From Candidatus Bathyarchaeia archaeon (GTDB lineage Archaea > Thermoproteota > Bathyarchaeia > TCS64): 64,000 nucleotides of DNA. A program made the position numbers and the translations under genes. Shown in pieces: positions 49,317 through 59,891 of this stretch (position 1 is the stretch's first letter; every line of letters starts with the position of its first letter). The notes under the pieces were generated by a model, which worked only from the letters and a program-made list of their open reading frames with translations, did no database searches and was not told where the DNA came from. Location: NCBI GenBank assembly GCA_050014495.1, contig JBEKDF010000007.1:1-64000 (forward strand), given 5' to 3'.

Positions 49317-50123
49317 CTAAGAGGTTACATTACTCGCCATAGCCAATTCGGGGAGGCCACTCGACACCATCGGCCCACCCCTCCTCACGAACAGGATACC
49401 CGGAGGCACAACGTCCCTCAGAACGCTCAGGAACACTCCCACACTCCTCGAGGACACGGCATCCATGGTGACAACGATCGTCCCATTCTTGGAGATCCCA
49501 ACCTGCCACGCCTTCACTCCTCTGAGGGAAAGATCTGGATAAGCATCATCTATGGCCCTCGTCCAGTTCTCAAGCTCATGACTAGACGCGGGCCACCTCG
49601 ATATCATGCCAAACGTGTTCGGTGCCAGAGGCAAGTCAGCCACGTTGGGGGATCCACCCCACAGGTCGAGGTGACTCGTATGGACGATGGGTTGAATCAC
49701 CGTTACTGACCCAATTATGTCGTTGCAGCTTATCTCAAATGTACCAACCTTAGGCACCGGGAACGTCATCGTTAGGAGATCGATGTTTCCTCCCGATGAG
49801 ATTGTGATGTTGCTGTTAGGGTAAGCGTAATCGAAGATGACGGTGTGGTTTCGGAGTCGTACTCCCCGATGTAGTGTCCAGTGTAGCTGACTAGGTTTGG
49901 TGGAGTTAGGGTGACTGGTTGCTGTGTAGGGTTAGTATAGGTGAGAGTGGCGTTGATTGTCTCTCCGACGTAGTATCTGAGATGGTCGGGTATTATCCTG
50001 AATGATGGTTCTGGTGCTTGGCTGGGTTGAATTTCATGTCGTGCGTTTGTGGTGGCTGCGGCGAAGAATAGCGAAGCGAGTATTATCGATGATCGTGACT
50101 GGCATTGTGCTATTCTGGGGCAT
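49317..50123 (-). pseudogene. Frameshifted secreted protein
   Basis: ORF 49317-49769 continues upstream through two frameshifts into a signal-peptide and Ig-like segment (YYVGETINATLTYTNPTQQPVTL). Confidence 0.55.
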
Positions 50124-50441
50124 TATTGATTAGTTGTTGAAGGTGAGTATCTAATACTAGAGTTTAGAACAGGTCGAGTGTTGTGACTCACGCCTGTTGA
50201 ATTTGTATCTGAGATAATGATTGTTTGACTGAATCTTTTATTGAAAAGCAATATGGACTCAGGTGCGTGAATATATTTGTACGTTTCTTGTATCTGCCGG
50301 AGCGTTTCATACTAGGGGCCTAGGGGGAGTTGGAGGGGCTAACCCATTACCAATCAGGAATAATGTGAGAAACTGGATTCTAAGTGCGCGCGCGGCGTGC
50401 ACTCGGTTAAGACTTATAGGTCATCCCGCGACCCAGCAATT

Positions 50442-50735
50442 ATGCCCTCCGCTAGGGAACGACTCATTATAACCACATCCCTAGCGTGGGTAGTGTCCCT
50501 CGTCACGTCGATTTATTACATGTCTTTGTTCTTCGCATACATCGATGGTGCAAAGGTGATGCTGGGTTTCAACGGGGCGCTCTCAATTCTCGTATGGGGA
50601 CTAGTTTCCAGAGGCAACAAGGATGAGGGGGATAGGGTACTCAGAAATCTATCCGCGCTTCATATTGTAACGGGGATAGTTTTGATATTTCTTTCTCTGA
50701 CCCTCGTCAATTCAGTCACATCAGTGGTGGTTTAA
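50442..50735 (+). CDS. Small membrane protein
   Basis: Three TM segments; bounded by RY tracts at 50384 and 50745. Confidence 0.55.
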   Translation: MPSARERLIITTSLAWVVSLVTSIYYMSLFFAYIDGAKVMLGFNGALSILVWGLVSRGNKDEGDRVLRNLSALHIVTGIVLIFLSLTLVNSVTSVVV

Positions 50736-50754
50736 TGATGGATTCGTGCGCGCA

Positions 50755-50920
50755 AGCGTTTTTATGGACCTACAGAGGTCGATGCTAACAAATGTTCAAA
50801 ATGAGGGCATGTGTTGAAGTCTGTCCAATAGGCTGTTTAGACAATCAGACATTCCTAAGAATCGAAGCCCGAGCAAAGAACTGCATCAGCTGTGGAGCAT
50901 GTTTGAAAGCTTACCCTGAA
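50755..50920 (+). pseudogene. Degraded 2x[4Fe-4S] ferredoxin domain remnant
   Basis: VDANKCSK*/ACVEVCP...CISCGACLKAYP. Confidence 0.75.
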
Positions 50921-50928
50921 GCGCGCGC

Positions 50929-51118
50929 TTTAGGTGTCGTGATGTTTTTAGCGATAGCTCTCTATGCCTTGGCTATGGGGAACTCTTTCTTCTATTTGGG
51001 CATAGGCGTAGGTGGAATGGAGCGTTTTATAATCTACCCTAATATGCTCTAGATGCTTGGCTTTGATGCTTACCTGATTGGAGATTCCAGCGAAACTGCC
51101 ACAGCAAGCAAAGCATAG
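50929..51118 (+). pseudogene. DUF998 C-terminal remnant
   Basis: LGIGVGGMERFIIYPNML*(W)MLGFDAYL. Confidence 0.7.
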
Positions 51119-51181
51119 AATCGAGCACACTTGATCATTAACATGGGATAATTGTGCGAGAGTCTCTAAATTATAGGTATA

Positions 51182-51673
51182 TCAGAGCTTTGATATTATC
51201 TTCGCAGCTTCAGCATCCACTTGGCTTTCTGAGAGAGGCTCTGCACCGTTTGCCAGAGATGAGCCCTTCAGGTAAACCACTTCTGTATTACTCCCCCCCT
51301 TGGCTTCGACCATCTTCGTGAGCTTCTCAGCCGCTTTCAGGTTCTCGTCACCGGCTCCAACTAGGCCCAGCAGGACACGTTTCCCATTTAGGTTCACTTT
51401 TTTTAGAAAACTATTCATCGCCGGGGTAGGGTTCCCAGCCCATATCGGACTCAGTAGTACTATCGCGTCGAAGCCATCAAGCGCGTAGTTAGGATTCTTT
51501 AGTTTGGAAGACCAGCTTAGCATGGCGGATAAAGCTAGAGACATCATGCCTTTGCCGGTTCTGCTGTTCGAATCGATGAGTTCTCTCTCAGTGGCGTTGG
51601 TGGCTTTTATTATGGCTTTGGCTATTCTCGCTGTGGTGCCTCGGTTACTGTAATAGATTACTAATGTTCTCAT
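51182..51673 (-). CDS. Flavodoxin
   Basis: YYSNRGTT and SPIWAG. Confidence 0.88.
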   Translation of the reverse strand: MRTLVIYYSNRGTTARIAKAIIKATNATERELIDSNSRTGKGMMSLALSAMLSWSSKLKNPNYALDGFDAIVLLSPIWAGNPTPAMNSFLKKVNLNGKRVLLGLVGAGDENLKAAEKLTKMVEAKGGSNTEVVYLKGSSLANGAEPLSESQVDAEAAKIISKL

Positions 51674-51861
51674 ATCTGTTTTATTTTTGTTGTATAGTTG
51701 AAAAGGGTTGGCTTTTCAATAGTCATAAAGTTGTTTTGAAATCATCGTAGCGCGCACCTGTTACTCAAAATCTTAACACAAAGTTGCTTTGGCGTAAGCC
51801 TCATCTTACTTGCAATAATCTTATCCTCAGCTTCATTCAATACTAACTAGGTCGATGAGTC

Positions 51862-52296
51862 TTGGTTGAGGGAAAGAGATACGAATACAGACTAGAGCAG
51901 AACAAAGACGTTGTTAAACGTTATTGGGACGGCAAATGGAACAAACGGCAACCCAGCACCCTAGACGAACTCCAGACGCCTGATTTGGTCTACCATAGCC
52001 CGACACTGAATATGAAGGGTATCGAGGAGTATAAGCGGGTATATGGCAGCTACCTGGCAGCCCTTCAGGATACAGAGGTAGCGATCGAGGATATTATCGC
52101 CGAGGACGATAAGGTCATGACTCGAACGAGGCTGAGTGGTGTCCATGGGGGTGAATTTGAGGGCATCCCTCCTTCTGGGAATAGGTTCTCATGCGTTTCT
52201 TACACCGTATTCCGCCTCACCCACGGTAAGATTGCCGAGGAATGGGAGTTGTTTGACAAGTATACGTTTATGTGGCAATTAGGTGTTATCAAATAG
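51862..52296 (+). CDS. SnoaL-like ester cyclase
   Basis: IAEDDKV, G.H.GEF.GIPPSG, GKIAEEW. Confidence 0.9.
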   Translation: MVEGKRYEYRLEQNKDVVKRYWDGKWNKRQPSTLDELQTPDLVYHSPTLNMKGIEEYKRVYGSYLAALQDTEVAIEDIIAEDDKVMTRTRLSGVHGGEFEGIPPSGNRFSCVSYTVFRLTHGKIAEEWELFDKYTFMWQLGVIK

Positions 52297-52383
52297 CCAG
52301 TTGGTGCTATTGGATATCAATTTGCGTCCCGCGCGTTGAGGGATAGGTGTGTACTCATGTGCGCGCGCTTCTGGATTGTGGTC

Positions 52384-53100
52384 TTATGGACTTTTTTCCT
52401 CTTTATGAGTAATCTTGCGCCTAGAGTCCTCACCTGGCTTGACTAATTCTTTGACAAGGTCATACAGTCTACTATAGATGTGGCAGTTCTTTGAGTGGAA
52501 GATTAGCTTGCCAGTTGTGTAATCGGTCCCGGCTCGGGTGTTTATCTCGTTGACGAGTGCCTCATTGAACAACTGAATCCCCGCAACATTAGCTGGGAGA
52601 CCCGCGTAAGCATCCCATGATCTGAAGTAGCAGGTAAGATGCATCTTATTGTCAATTATCTCCGTGTCCATCAACGTTAGACATGGTGGCTCGTGCTGCA
52701 TGCCAGCTAGAGTCTTGTTTATATCCTGTGGCAACCTGATGACCATCGTAAGCTGCCTGTCATTGGGCTCCTCAACGTATCTGCTGATGAGGAGTTCCAG
52801 TTGGTCAACTGGCTCCCTTAGCCTGCTGCCATAAGTGTATGTTTCCCCCTCCTCCTTGACGCCCGCCCAGAGATACTGCAGCGCATATGAGTTGATGTAC
52901 TTCATGTCGCATGGAGCTTTTTCAGCGACGAGTGGCCTACTCTCCGGGTTGGTGATTTCTATGCTTAGATTCAGCTTCTTGGTCTCGGTGATCTCCGAGC
53001 CATAGCCTACTTGGAATACGTCCCCGCTGCTCCAGATCTCATATAGTGTCCTATACCATGCGTCTGGTATGTCATAGGCTCTTATGTTGGCATATCTCAA
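52384..53100 (-). CDS. thyA: Thymidylate synthase (archaeal ThyA-like)
   Basis: YTYGSRL, PPCL, FRSWD, PAN, HIY. Confidence 0.88.
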   Translation of the reverse strand: MRYANIRAYDIPDAWYRTLYEIWSSGDVFQVGYGSEITETKKLNLSIEITNPESRPLVAEKAPCDMKYINSYALQYLWAGVKEEGETYTYGSRLREPVDQLELLISRYVEEPNDRQLTMVIRLPQDINKTLAGMQHEPPCLTLMDTEIIDNKMHLTCYFRSWDAYAGLPANVAGIQLFNEALVNEINTRAGTDYTTGKLIFHSKNCHIYSRLYDLVKELVKPGEDSRRKITHKEEKSP

Positions 53101-53317
53101 GTCTACTTCCCCGGGTGTTTCACTTGAGAATCATGAACTAGGGGGTATTACACATTTATGGTCCGCATTCGTGGGGCTAATTGAGGCCTGTCTGCGCTTA
53201 CGAAGTTTGCGCGCGTACACACAAATTTATCAAAAATGTTAATCATCGTATATTTTACCAGACCACAATCATTATTTTTGCGATAGTCATGTTCCTGAAA
53301 TAAAAATCCTTTTTTAA

Positions 53318-54150
53318 CTAGAAGCACAGGCGCGCCTCGATAATTATAGATTGAGGGATCCTCATGTGCTTTCTCAGAGCTGGATATTTTGAAAGACCTT
53401 CCTGACTCGGTTTGGGCTCAACCAGCTTCGAGACCACAAAGCCAGAATCCGATAACGCAGCAAAATAATCAGTTAAGGTCCTGTGGAAAGATGTCGTCTT
53501 AAAGGGTTTAACTAGTCTTCATGTTCCAGGACAGTTCACACCTGCCGGGGTTGGAAGTAGGCTGTTATCTCCAGATGCAGAGCGTTTTCACCCTGTGTAC
53601 CCTCGGTTCCCTCCGCGTACACCCAGTGAACCAGCGGTTCCCTGTCTAGGCACTCTCCTCCCTCAAAGCGGGGATGAGTGATGCAGAAGATGAAGTACCT
53701 CCCGCTTTTCAAGACCTTGGCGACTTCAGCGACGGCTTCGCGGTAATATTCGATGCCCATCAGAGCCATGAAGCAGGTGACTACATCGAACTTGTCGCCT
53801 GCAAATTTACCGAGATCCATCGCATCCGAGACGTGGTACTCGATTCCCAGCTTTTCTACCGTCTCCATCTGTTTCGCAAGCTCTATCATCTTCGGTGATA
53901 AGTCCACGCCAACTACTTTGGCACCCATTCTGGTGAGTATCCTAGCGTAGGATCCTTCGCCGCATGCTAGGTCTAGGACCCTTTTACCCTTCACATCGCC
54001 GACTACGGTAAAGAAGCCAGGTTTATTCATCTCCTCCCTAAAGTAATCTTTGCCTTCTCGGACGAAGTTCGCCCAAGATGCAGAGGCAGCGCTCCACTCC
54101 TCGGATATTTCGGAGCCGGTCATATTTATTCTGAGATTGGACGCCTTCAA
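53318..54150 (-). pseudogene. Class I SAM methyltransferase, frameshifted near the 3' end
   Basis: VLDLACGEG and FCITHP. The C-terminal FHRTLTDYF..L...GF....LVEP lies in another frame at 53318-53520. Confidence 0.8.
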
Positions 54151-54596
54151 CGATATTAATGACTTCCCACAACCCTAACTCCTGAAATGCGCGTAACTTC
54201 TCAAAACCTAGGCATCTCATGATAGGAGTCTGTCGAATGAACGTATACTCGACAGTCTTATCTTGAGCCCCAACCGCTCATCATTAACTTGCTTGCCTAA
54301 TTGTTTATCAATCACCTCAATAATAAATTGGACACTAGTGCCTAATCGGGTATTGCAGCGGTGTTCAACCACACTGGTTACAATTCACCACCGTCCAGTA
54401 TCTGCGTAAAAGCTGTGACCACTAGTAAGTTGAGGCTGAGTGTTTTTACACCCGTGTACACAAGATTATCGCACATGCACACTAACTACTCTTGTTCACT
54501 GTTGAGTCTCAGGTGGAAGTGAGGATAAGTTATGTCGGTGCGTGCTCATGGGTTGGATAAAAGTTAAATCATCATCGGATTGAGGTATAATCGGTT

Positions 54597-55070
54597 GTGT
54601 TAATGTCATTCAAACTAAAAGATTTGCAGGACATAGCTGAATCCAAGGGGAGGGAATATTATATGGAGAAAAAGTATGACTGTCTACCATCAACTCTTTT
54701 GGCGATCAACGATGCATTGAAGGATGTAGATAATGTAAACTACGCTGAGCCAGTCGTGCTTAAGGCAGCGAGTCCACTCCGTGCAGGGTTTGGGGTATGG
54801 GAGGGCCCTTGCGGCGTGGTGACCGCGGGCGCCATAGCCATCGGGCTTAAGTTTAGTACCTCGGATGTAAACGATCATGCCAATATTAATAATGCCTCGA
54901 AAAAGTCAGCTGAGTGGCTGAGGTGGTTCAAATACGAAAAGTTTGGGTCATATAATTGCTTCGACATAAGACCGACGCCACCGGATAGGGAGAAGTGCGC
55001 AAATGTTGTCACTCAGTCAGCGAGAAAGCTTGTCGATATTTTGACTGAAGGAAACACGAAGGTCACATGA
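54597..55070 (+). CDS. C-GCAxxG-C-C family redox-active protein
   Basis: YDC..S, G.G....PCGVVTAG, FGS.NC, C...V. Confidence 0.85.
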   Translation: MLMSFKLKDLQDIAESKGREYYMEKKYDCLPSTLLAINDALKDVDNVNYAEPVVLKAASPLRAGFGVWEGPCGVVTAGAIAIGLKFSTSDVNDHANINNASKKSAEWLRWFKYEKFGSYNCFDIRPTPPDREKCANVVTQSARKLVDILTEGNTKVT

Positions 55071-55175
55071 TAAGTCACATGTAGATGCGACGGTTGAGTA
55101 TCAGCCCTCTTACACAAGGTTCTGGAGAGTGTATCAACACTCATATTCCTGATATCATAAGCTGAGTTACTATAA

Positions 55176-55954
55176 GTGGAGACTATAAAACAAACGCAAC
55201 TGCGTTAATCGCGTGCGTCATCACCATCATAGGATTCCTCCTGCTCTCTTCATCAATTAATATAAAGAACACCGAGACGCCAACTAGCGCATTAACTTCC
55301 TCCCTAACATTACTCGGAGCCGGGGCGCACTGGGCCGCAAACGGTGGCAACCATGCACTATAGGTGAACTGGATCGACTACTCCATAGCCCATCCCGGAT
55401 ACCCAGCTGAATTTAATCCGCCACCAAACGCGACTAAAATAGTCTCCTCTGTGATAAGCGCGTTGAATGATAACAACCTGATTGTGGACCGCTCATCGGA
55501 GATACCCAGCGACCTCTCTAAATACAGCGTCGTGGTCATCGACTGTTACTGGGCGGGTAACCCGTCTGATTCACAAATATTGAGCGATTATATCCTCAAG
55601 GGTGGAGGTGTTGTGTTGATCAGTGGAACACCGCCATACTTTGTTATACATAATAAGACGTTACACCCTCTGCAGAACGACTTATCTACGATAGAGGACT
55701 GGCTGGGTGCATCCTCTTACTACAACGTTGAGGGGCGAGTGCTGATTTCAGTCAACAACCCACTTTGCACTTCTCTTCACTTCAACCAGACGGTCTTCAT
55801 GGGGCCGTGGTCTCAGTCCGCATTATTTGATTTACAGCCAGGTGCGATACCTGTGGCGGTCTGGACGGAGGGAGGAGTATTTGCCTATACCTATGAACAT
55901 GGGAGTGGGCGAGTGTACTACCAAGCATCCCACGACTTTGAATTAAATCCTTAA
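55176..55954 (+). pseudogene. Secreted protein (class I GATase-like fold), interrupted
   Basis: The signal-peptide segment is in frame with ORF 55364 but separated from it by TAG at 55361-55363, and there is a further frameshift near the start. YI..GGGVV and G.GRVYY. Confidence 0.55.
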
Positions 55955-55977
55955 CTCAGACTATAGGAGGGCCCGCC

Positions 55978-56568
55978 CTAAATTATCAAGTGGTGGAGGT
56001 AGAAGCCCATCTGCAGCCAAGTCATGATGCAGCTGAGTACAGCTCCCACAACGACCTGCATGATGGTGTGAGCCTTTAGTTCGACCCTCGCCCATGCGAC
56101 CGGTATGATGACTAAAAGGAGGGGTAGCATAACCACACCAAGTTGGTAGACGAGAGCTGTGAATGGTCCTGCTACTCCGCTAGCGTGTATACTGATCTTC
56201 CACTTGAGGGTGATGACCATCAACACCAGGCCGTTCACGAAGTAACACGCCATGAGGGCTGTAACGACCTGTGGGGCGGAGACTAGGATCAGGCTGATGG
56301 TTCCAAGGAGGTAGAATAATGTGGTCCAGATGAAGGGGATGAAGCGTGTGTCCCTGTCGTGGGCGTAGAAGTCTTGGATTATATCGAGTTTGAGGAGGCC
56401 ATAGACCATTGCTAGAGGAAGTATGCATCCGAAGACGCTTGTGATGAGGATTAGGAGCGGGGCTTGGCTGAGGCCGTTTAGAAGGATAAGGGGTATGAAT
56501 GTTATGAGGGTAATTAGGGGTGCGTTTAGGGCGGCTGAGAGACGTGTAGCGAGCTTATTTTTATCCAA
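55978..56568 (-). CDS. PAP2-like membrane protein
   Basis: WKISIH and WARVELKAHT..QV..G. Confidence 0.82.
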   Translation of the reverse strand: MDKNKLATRLSAALNAPLITLITFIPLILLNGLSQAPLLILITSVFGCILPLAMVYGLLKLDIIQDFYAHDRDTRFIPFIWTTLFYLLGTISLILVSAPQVVTALMACYFVNGLVLMVITLKWKISIHASGVAGPFTALVYQLGVVMLPLLLVIIPVAWARVELKAHTIMQVVVGAVLSCIMTWLQMGFYLHHLII

Positions 56569-56610
56569 GTAATTAGCCCTCAGCCGGTGCTTTGTTTATT
56601 CCCGACGTCT

Positions 56611-56748
56611 CTACTTCTTAACGTTTTTCTTTTGCAGCGTCTCGCAGCAGCAGACTAGGGTCTTTTCTCCGCCTTTTCCGACCATTAGGTCGCAGTCTTC
56701 TCCCTTCGGAAGTCCACACATCGGGCATTTTATGGCTTTCTCATTCAT
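56611..56748 (-). CDS. Small CPxCG Cys-rich protein (45 aa)
   Basis: MNEKAIKCPMCGLPKGEDCDLMVGKGGEKTLVCCCETLQKKNVKK. Its start overlaps the iscU stop (ATGA). Confidence 0.7.
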   Translation of the reverse strand: MNEKAIKCPMCGLPKGEDCDLMVGKGGEKTLVCCCETLQKKNVKK

Positions 56749-57125
56749 TTCTTCTTCATCTCCTGCTTCTTCTTGTAGTCCTTTATTGCCTCATGTAGGG
56801 CGTCTGAGGCGAGGTTACTGCAGTGCATCTTCACCGGTGGTAGGCCGTCTAAGGCGTCGGCGACACTCTGGCGTGTGATCTTATCGGCCTCGTCTACGGT
56901 TTTGCCCATGGCGAGCTCGGTCGTCATGCTGCTTGTGGCTATGGCAGCGCCGCAGCCGTAGGTCTTGAATTTGATGTCTGCTATCTTCCCGTCTTTGACC
57001 TTGATGTACATGGTCATCATGTCTCCGCAGACGGGGTTGCCGACGGTGCCTACGCCGTCGGCGTCGTTTATCTCCCCGACGTTGTGGGGGTTCCTGAAGT
57101 GTTCCATGACCTTGTCGCTGTACAT
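56745..57125 (-). CDS. iscU: Fe-S scaffold NifU/IscU
   Basis: YS.KV.EHF.NP.NVG, NPVCGD, GCGAAIA, LPPVKMHCS. Confidence 0.96.
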   Translation of the reverse strand: MYSDKVMEHFRNPHNVGEINDADGVGTVGNPVCGDMMTMYIKVKDGKIADIKFKTYGCGAAIATSSMTTELAMGKTVDEADKITRQSVADALDGLPPVKMHCSNLASDALHEAIKDYKKKQEMKKK

Positions 57126-57126
57126 T

Positions 57127-58293
57127 CTACTTTAGCTCCTGTGGGGTTATGCTCGACATTGCTCGTAGTCGCTTCACGATCCCCGGTAGGACTTGTATGA
57201 CATAGTCTATTTCGTCCTTATTATTGGCTTTCCCGAGGCTGAATACGAGGCTGCCGTGGGCGTCCTCTGGTTTGAGGCCAGTTGCAAGTAGGCAGGCGCT
57301 TGGTTCTAGGGTCTTGGCGGCGCATGCGGAACCCGTATTGCATTGGACGCCGACGTCGTCTAGGCTTAGGGTTAGTGCCTCGCCTTCGATGTAGCTGAAG
57401 CGGACGTTGGCGTTGTTGGGTGTACGGTTTGTTGGGTGGCCATTGAGGTGGGCCTCGGGGACGGTTGTTGTTAGGCCCATGATGAGGTGGTCGCGGAGCT
57501 CGGTTAGGCGCTTCGCCTCCTCGGGGAGTTCTTGTTTTGCGAGTTCCGCGGCTTTCCCGAAGCCGACTATGCCGGGAGTGTTCTCTGTGCCGCTGCGCAT
57601 TCCCTGCTCCTGGCCTCCGCCGATGATAACGGGGCGTGGGCGTATGGTCTTCTTGACGTAGAGGGCCCCGACGCCTTTGGGGCCGTTTATGTCGTTGCTG
57701 CTCAGGGTCATGAGGTCCACGTCTAGTTGTTTGACGTCTAGTGGGATCTTGCCTAGAGCGGCGGTGGCATCGGTGTGGAAATAGGCACCTCTGGCGTGGG
57801 CGATTGCCGCTGCCTCCTTTATTGGTTCGATGGTGCCTATTTCGCCGTTTGCGGCCATAACTGATACTATGACGGTTTTGTCGGTTGTGAGTTCGTTGAG
57901 TTTCTCGAGGGAGATGACGCCGTATTTGTCGACTGGGGCCTGCTCGTACTCCCAGCCTACCCTTGTGAGGTCCTTGCAGATGTTTACGGTGCTTATGTGT
58001 TCGACGGCGCTTGAGACGATTCTGTTGCCCTTGTTCTTGTAGCGGTTCGCGGTGCCTATTATTGCGAGGTTTGTGGCCTCGGTTGCGCTGGCGGTGAAGG
58101 TTATCTCGATTGGGTCAGCGTTTATGAGGGCGGCTACCTGTTCGCGTGCCTTGTTGATCGCCCTGAGGGCCTTAAAGCCCTCGCTGTGGAAGCTGCTGGG
58201 GTTCCCTACGTGTTCTGCGAAGTATGGTAGCATCTCTTGCAGGACTCTTGGGTCTACGGGTGCTCCCGAGCCGTTGTCGAGGTAGGCCTTCAT
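57127..58293 (-). CDS. iscS: Cysteine desulfurase
   Basis: YLDN, GNPSS, SAVEH, HTDA, GPKG, RSGTEN, TGSAC. The PLP-lysine motif reads SSND. Confidence 0.88.
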   Translation of the reverse strand: MKAYLDNGSGAPVDPRVLQEMLPYFAEHVGNPSSFHSEGFKALRAINKAREQVAALINADPIEITFTASATEATNLAIIGTANRYKNKGNRIVSSAVEHISTVNICKDLTRVGWEYEQAPVDKYGVISLEKLNELTTDKTVIVSVMAANGEIGTIEPIKEAAAIAHARGAYFHTDATAALGKIPLDVKQLDVDLMTLSSNDINGPKGVGALYVKKTIRPRPVIIGGGQEQGMRSGTENTPGIVGFGKAAELAKQELPEEAKRLTELRDHLIMGLTTTVPEAHLNGHPTNRTPNNANVRFSYIEGEALTLSLDDVGVQCNTGSACAAKTLEPSACLLATGLKPEDAHGSLVFSLGKANNKDEIDYVIQVLPGIVKRLRAMSSITPQELK

Positions 58294-58377
58294 GTGTTTC
58301 GCCTTTTGTTTGATTGGGGATTGGTGGATTAAAAGGGTTCAGAATTGGCGTATGCAATCCGTCTCGTCGCGCATGCG

Positions 58378-58484
58378 ACTTCCTAGCTCGTGTAGGGTAA
58401 GGCGTGGTGAAGCTGATGCCTTTCCCCTTCTCGGTCTTAAAGGTGATCTCGCCCCCGTGGGCGTCTACGATCCCTTTGCAGAGG
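58378..58484 (-). pseudogene. Histidine kinase HATPase_c C-terminal remnant
   Basis: CKGIVDAHGGEITFKTEKGKGISFT, between RY tracts 58368-58377 and 58485-58493. Confidence 0.8.
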
Positions 58485-58752
58485 ATGCGCGTAGATTCAC
58501 TTACATATCCTACGTTTTCGGAACACTTTCCACTCAACCATACACGATCAGTAGTTCACGTGTCTGGTATTGAACTGCTTTCCAAGACTGCACGCGCGCG
58601 ATGTTGAGGCAGTTATCAGAAGGAATGCCAGACTCAGGCTGAGGAGACCGTTCCCCATTGTTAACTAATTTGTATACCGCTTTTTCAGATTTGTGTTTAG
58701 GTAAATGAAAGTTGTCGAGATTGAGGATAAGTGCCACAATAGATGTAATAGC

Positions 58753-59814
58753 TTAGGTAGCTTGGGGACTCCACTCGGGAACCCTCCAGGGAAGATCCTT
58801 CCCCTGCAGGTAGGCTTTGATCGGCTCCTTGTACGCGAAGAGGGCAACGGAGCCCCCTGTGTGGAGGAAGAGAACGTTCTCGCTATCATCGAACTTCCTT
58901 CGCTTCACCAAGTCGATCATGGTCGCCGCCGCAGGAGCAGTGTAGACGGGATCGATGAAGATGCCCTCTGTCTCCGCGAATGTCTTAACGGCGTCGATCT
59001 TTTCCTTCGAGATGAAGCCATAGCCGCCTCCCCCGAAGTCGTTATAGACCTTCAGGTCCTCGTCGGTGATGTTCGCCTCGAGGCTCAGAACACTCCTGGC
59101 CTCCTCTATGATTAGTTTCGCCTTCGCCATATGCTCCTCTGCGGGGCTGGAGTCGTCAGCAACGCTGATGATCTTTATTCCACTATTCAGGGCCTTCGCG
59201 CCTAACACTAAACCCGCCTGGGTGCCACCGGAACCGGTGCAGTGGACCAGGTAGTCGAAGTGGACTCCCATCTGCTGGGACTGGTTCATGATCTCAAGCA
59301 CAGCGTTGATGTAACCCACGGCACCGAGGATCACCGAGCCCCCGACGGGCATGTAGTAGGGCTTGTGACCCTCCCTCCTGAGACGCTCTAACTGCTCGTC
59401 GACGACTGCCCTCAAGTTCTCCGGACGGGCCACATAGATCTCAGCCCCCAGTAGTTTGTGGAGGAGGTGATTGCCATCCCACTCGGGAGGCTCCCAGCCA
59501 TCTCTGGGGCCATTCTTGACGAGGACTATTCCTACTCCGAGCTTCTTACAGGCGGCTGCAGTCTGGGTACACCAGTTGCTTTGGAATCCCGCGTTGGTCA
59601 CCACATAGTCGCAGCCATTTGCCAGTACATCCCCCATCAGGTACTCGAGCTTCCTAGCCTTGTTCCCACCAAAGGCGAGGCCCGTTAAGTCATCTCTCTT
59701 CACCCAGATTTTAGGGCCCCCCAGCTTTTTAGTTAGATTCGGGAGTTCCTGTATGGGTGTCGGGAGGTTGGCGAGCCTCGCACGGTGTAGAGATTCGAGT
59801 TTCATATTAGTCAA
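58753..59814 (-). CDS. D-cysteine desulfhydrase / ACC deaminase family
   Basis: PTPI, KRDD, GGNKARKLEY, QSN, GSGGTQAG, DPVYT, FLHTGG. Confidence 0.92.
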   Translation of the reverse strand: MTNMKLESLHRARLANLPTPIQELPNLTKKLGGPKIWVKRDDLTGLAFGGNKARKLEYLMGDVLANGCDYVVTNAGFQSNWCTQTAAACKKLGVGIVLVKNGPRDGWEPPEWDGNHLLHKLLGAEIYVARPENLRAVVDEQLERLRREGHKPYYMPVGGSVILGAVGYINAVLEIMNQSQQMGVHFDYLVHCTGSGGTQAGLVLGAKALNSGIKIISVADDSSPAEEHMAKAKLIIEEARSVLSLEANITDEDLKVYNDFGGGGYGFISKEKIDAVKTFAETEGIFIDPVYTAPAAATMIDLVKRRKFDDSENVLFLHTGGSVALFAYKEPIKAYLQGKDLPWRVPEWSPQAT

Positions 59815-59891
59815 GAAGAGTCTATTCTAAGGATGTATAACACCTTTCGCGCATAAGATGAAGTCGAAGTGCGTGTGAGTCACGATCGCGT

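Noticed and set aside
55210..55218. CGCGTGCGT tract
   Set aside because: It lies within the signal-peptide coding sequence (IACV), not at a breakpoint.
55361..55363. In-frame TAG as possible pyrrolysine readthrough (also 51050-51052)
   Set aside because: Both fit TGG-to-TAG decay in already disrupted genes, and no pyl genes are visible.
58601..58668. Short C-terminal peptide DVEAVIRRNARLRLRRPFPIVN after an RY tract, resembling an NAD synthetase tail
   Set aside because: Too short to assign a family.
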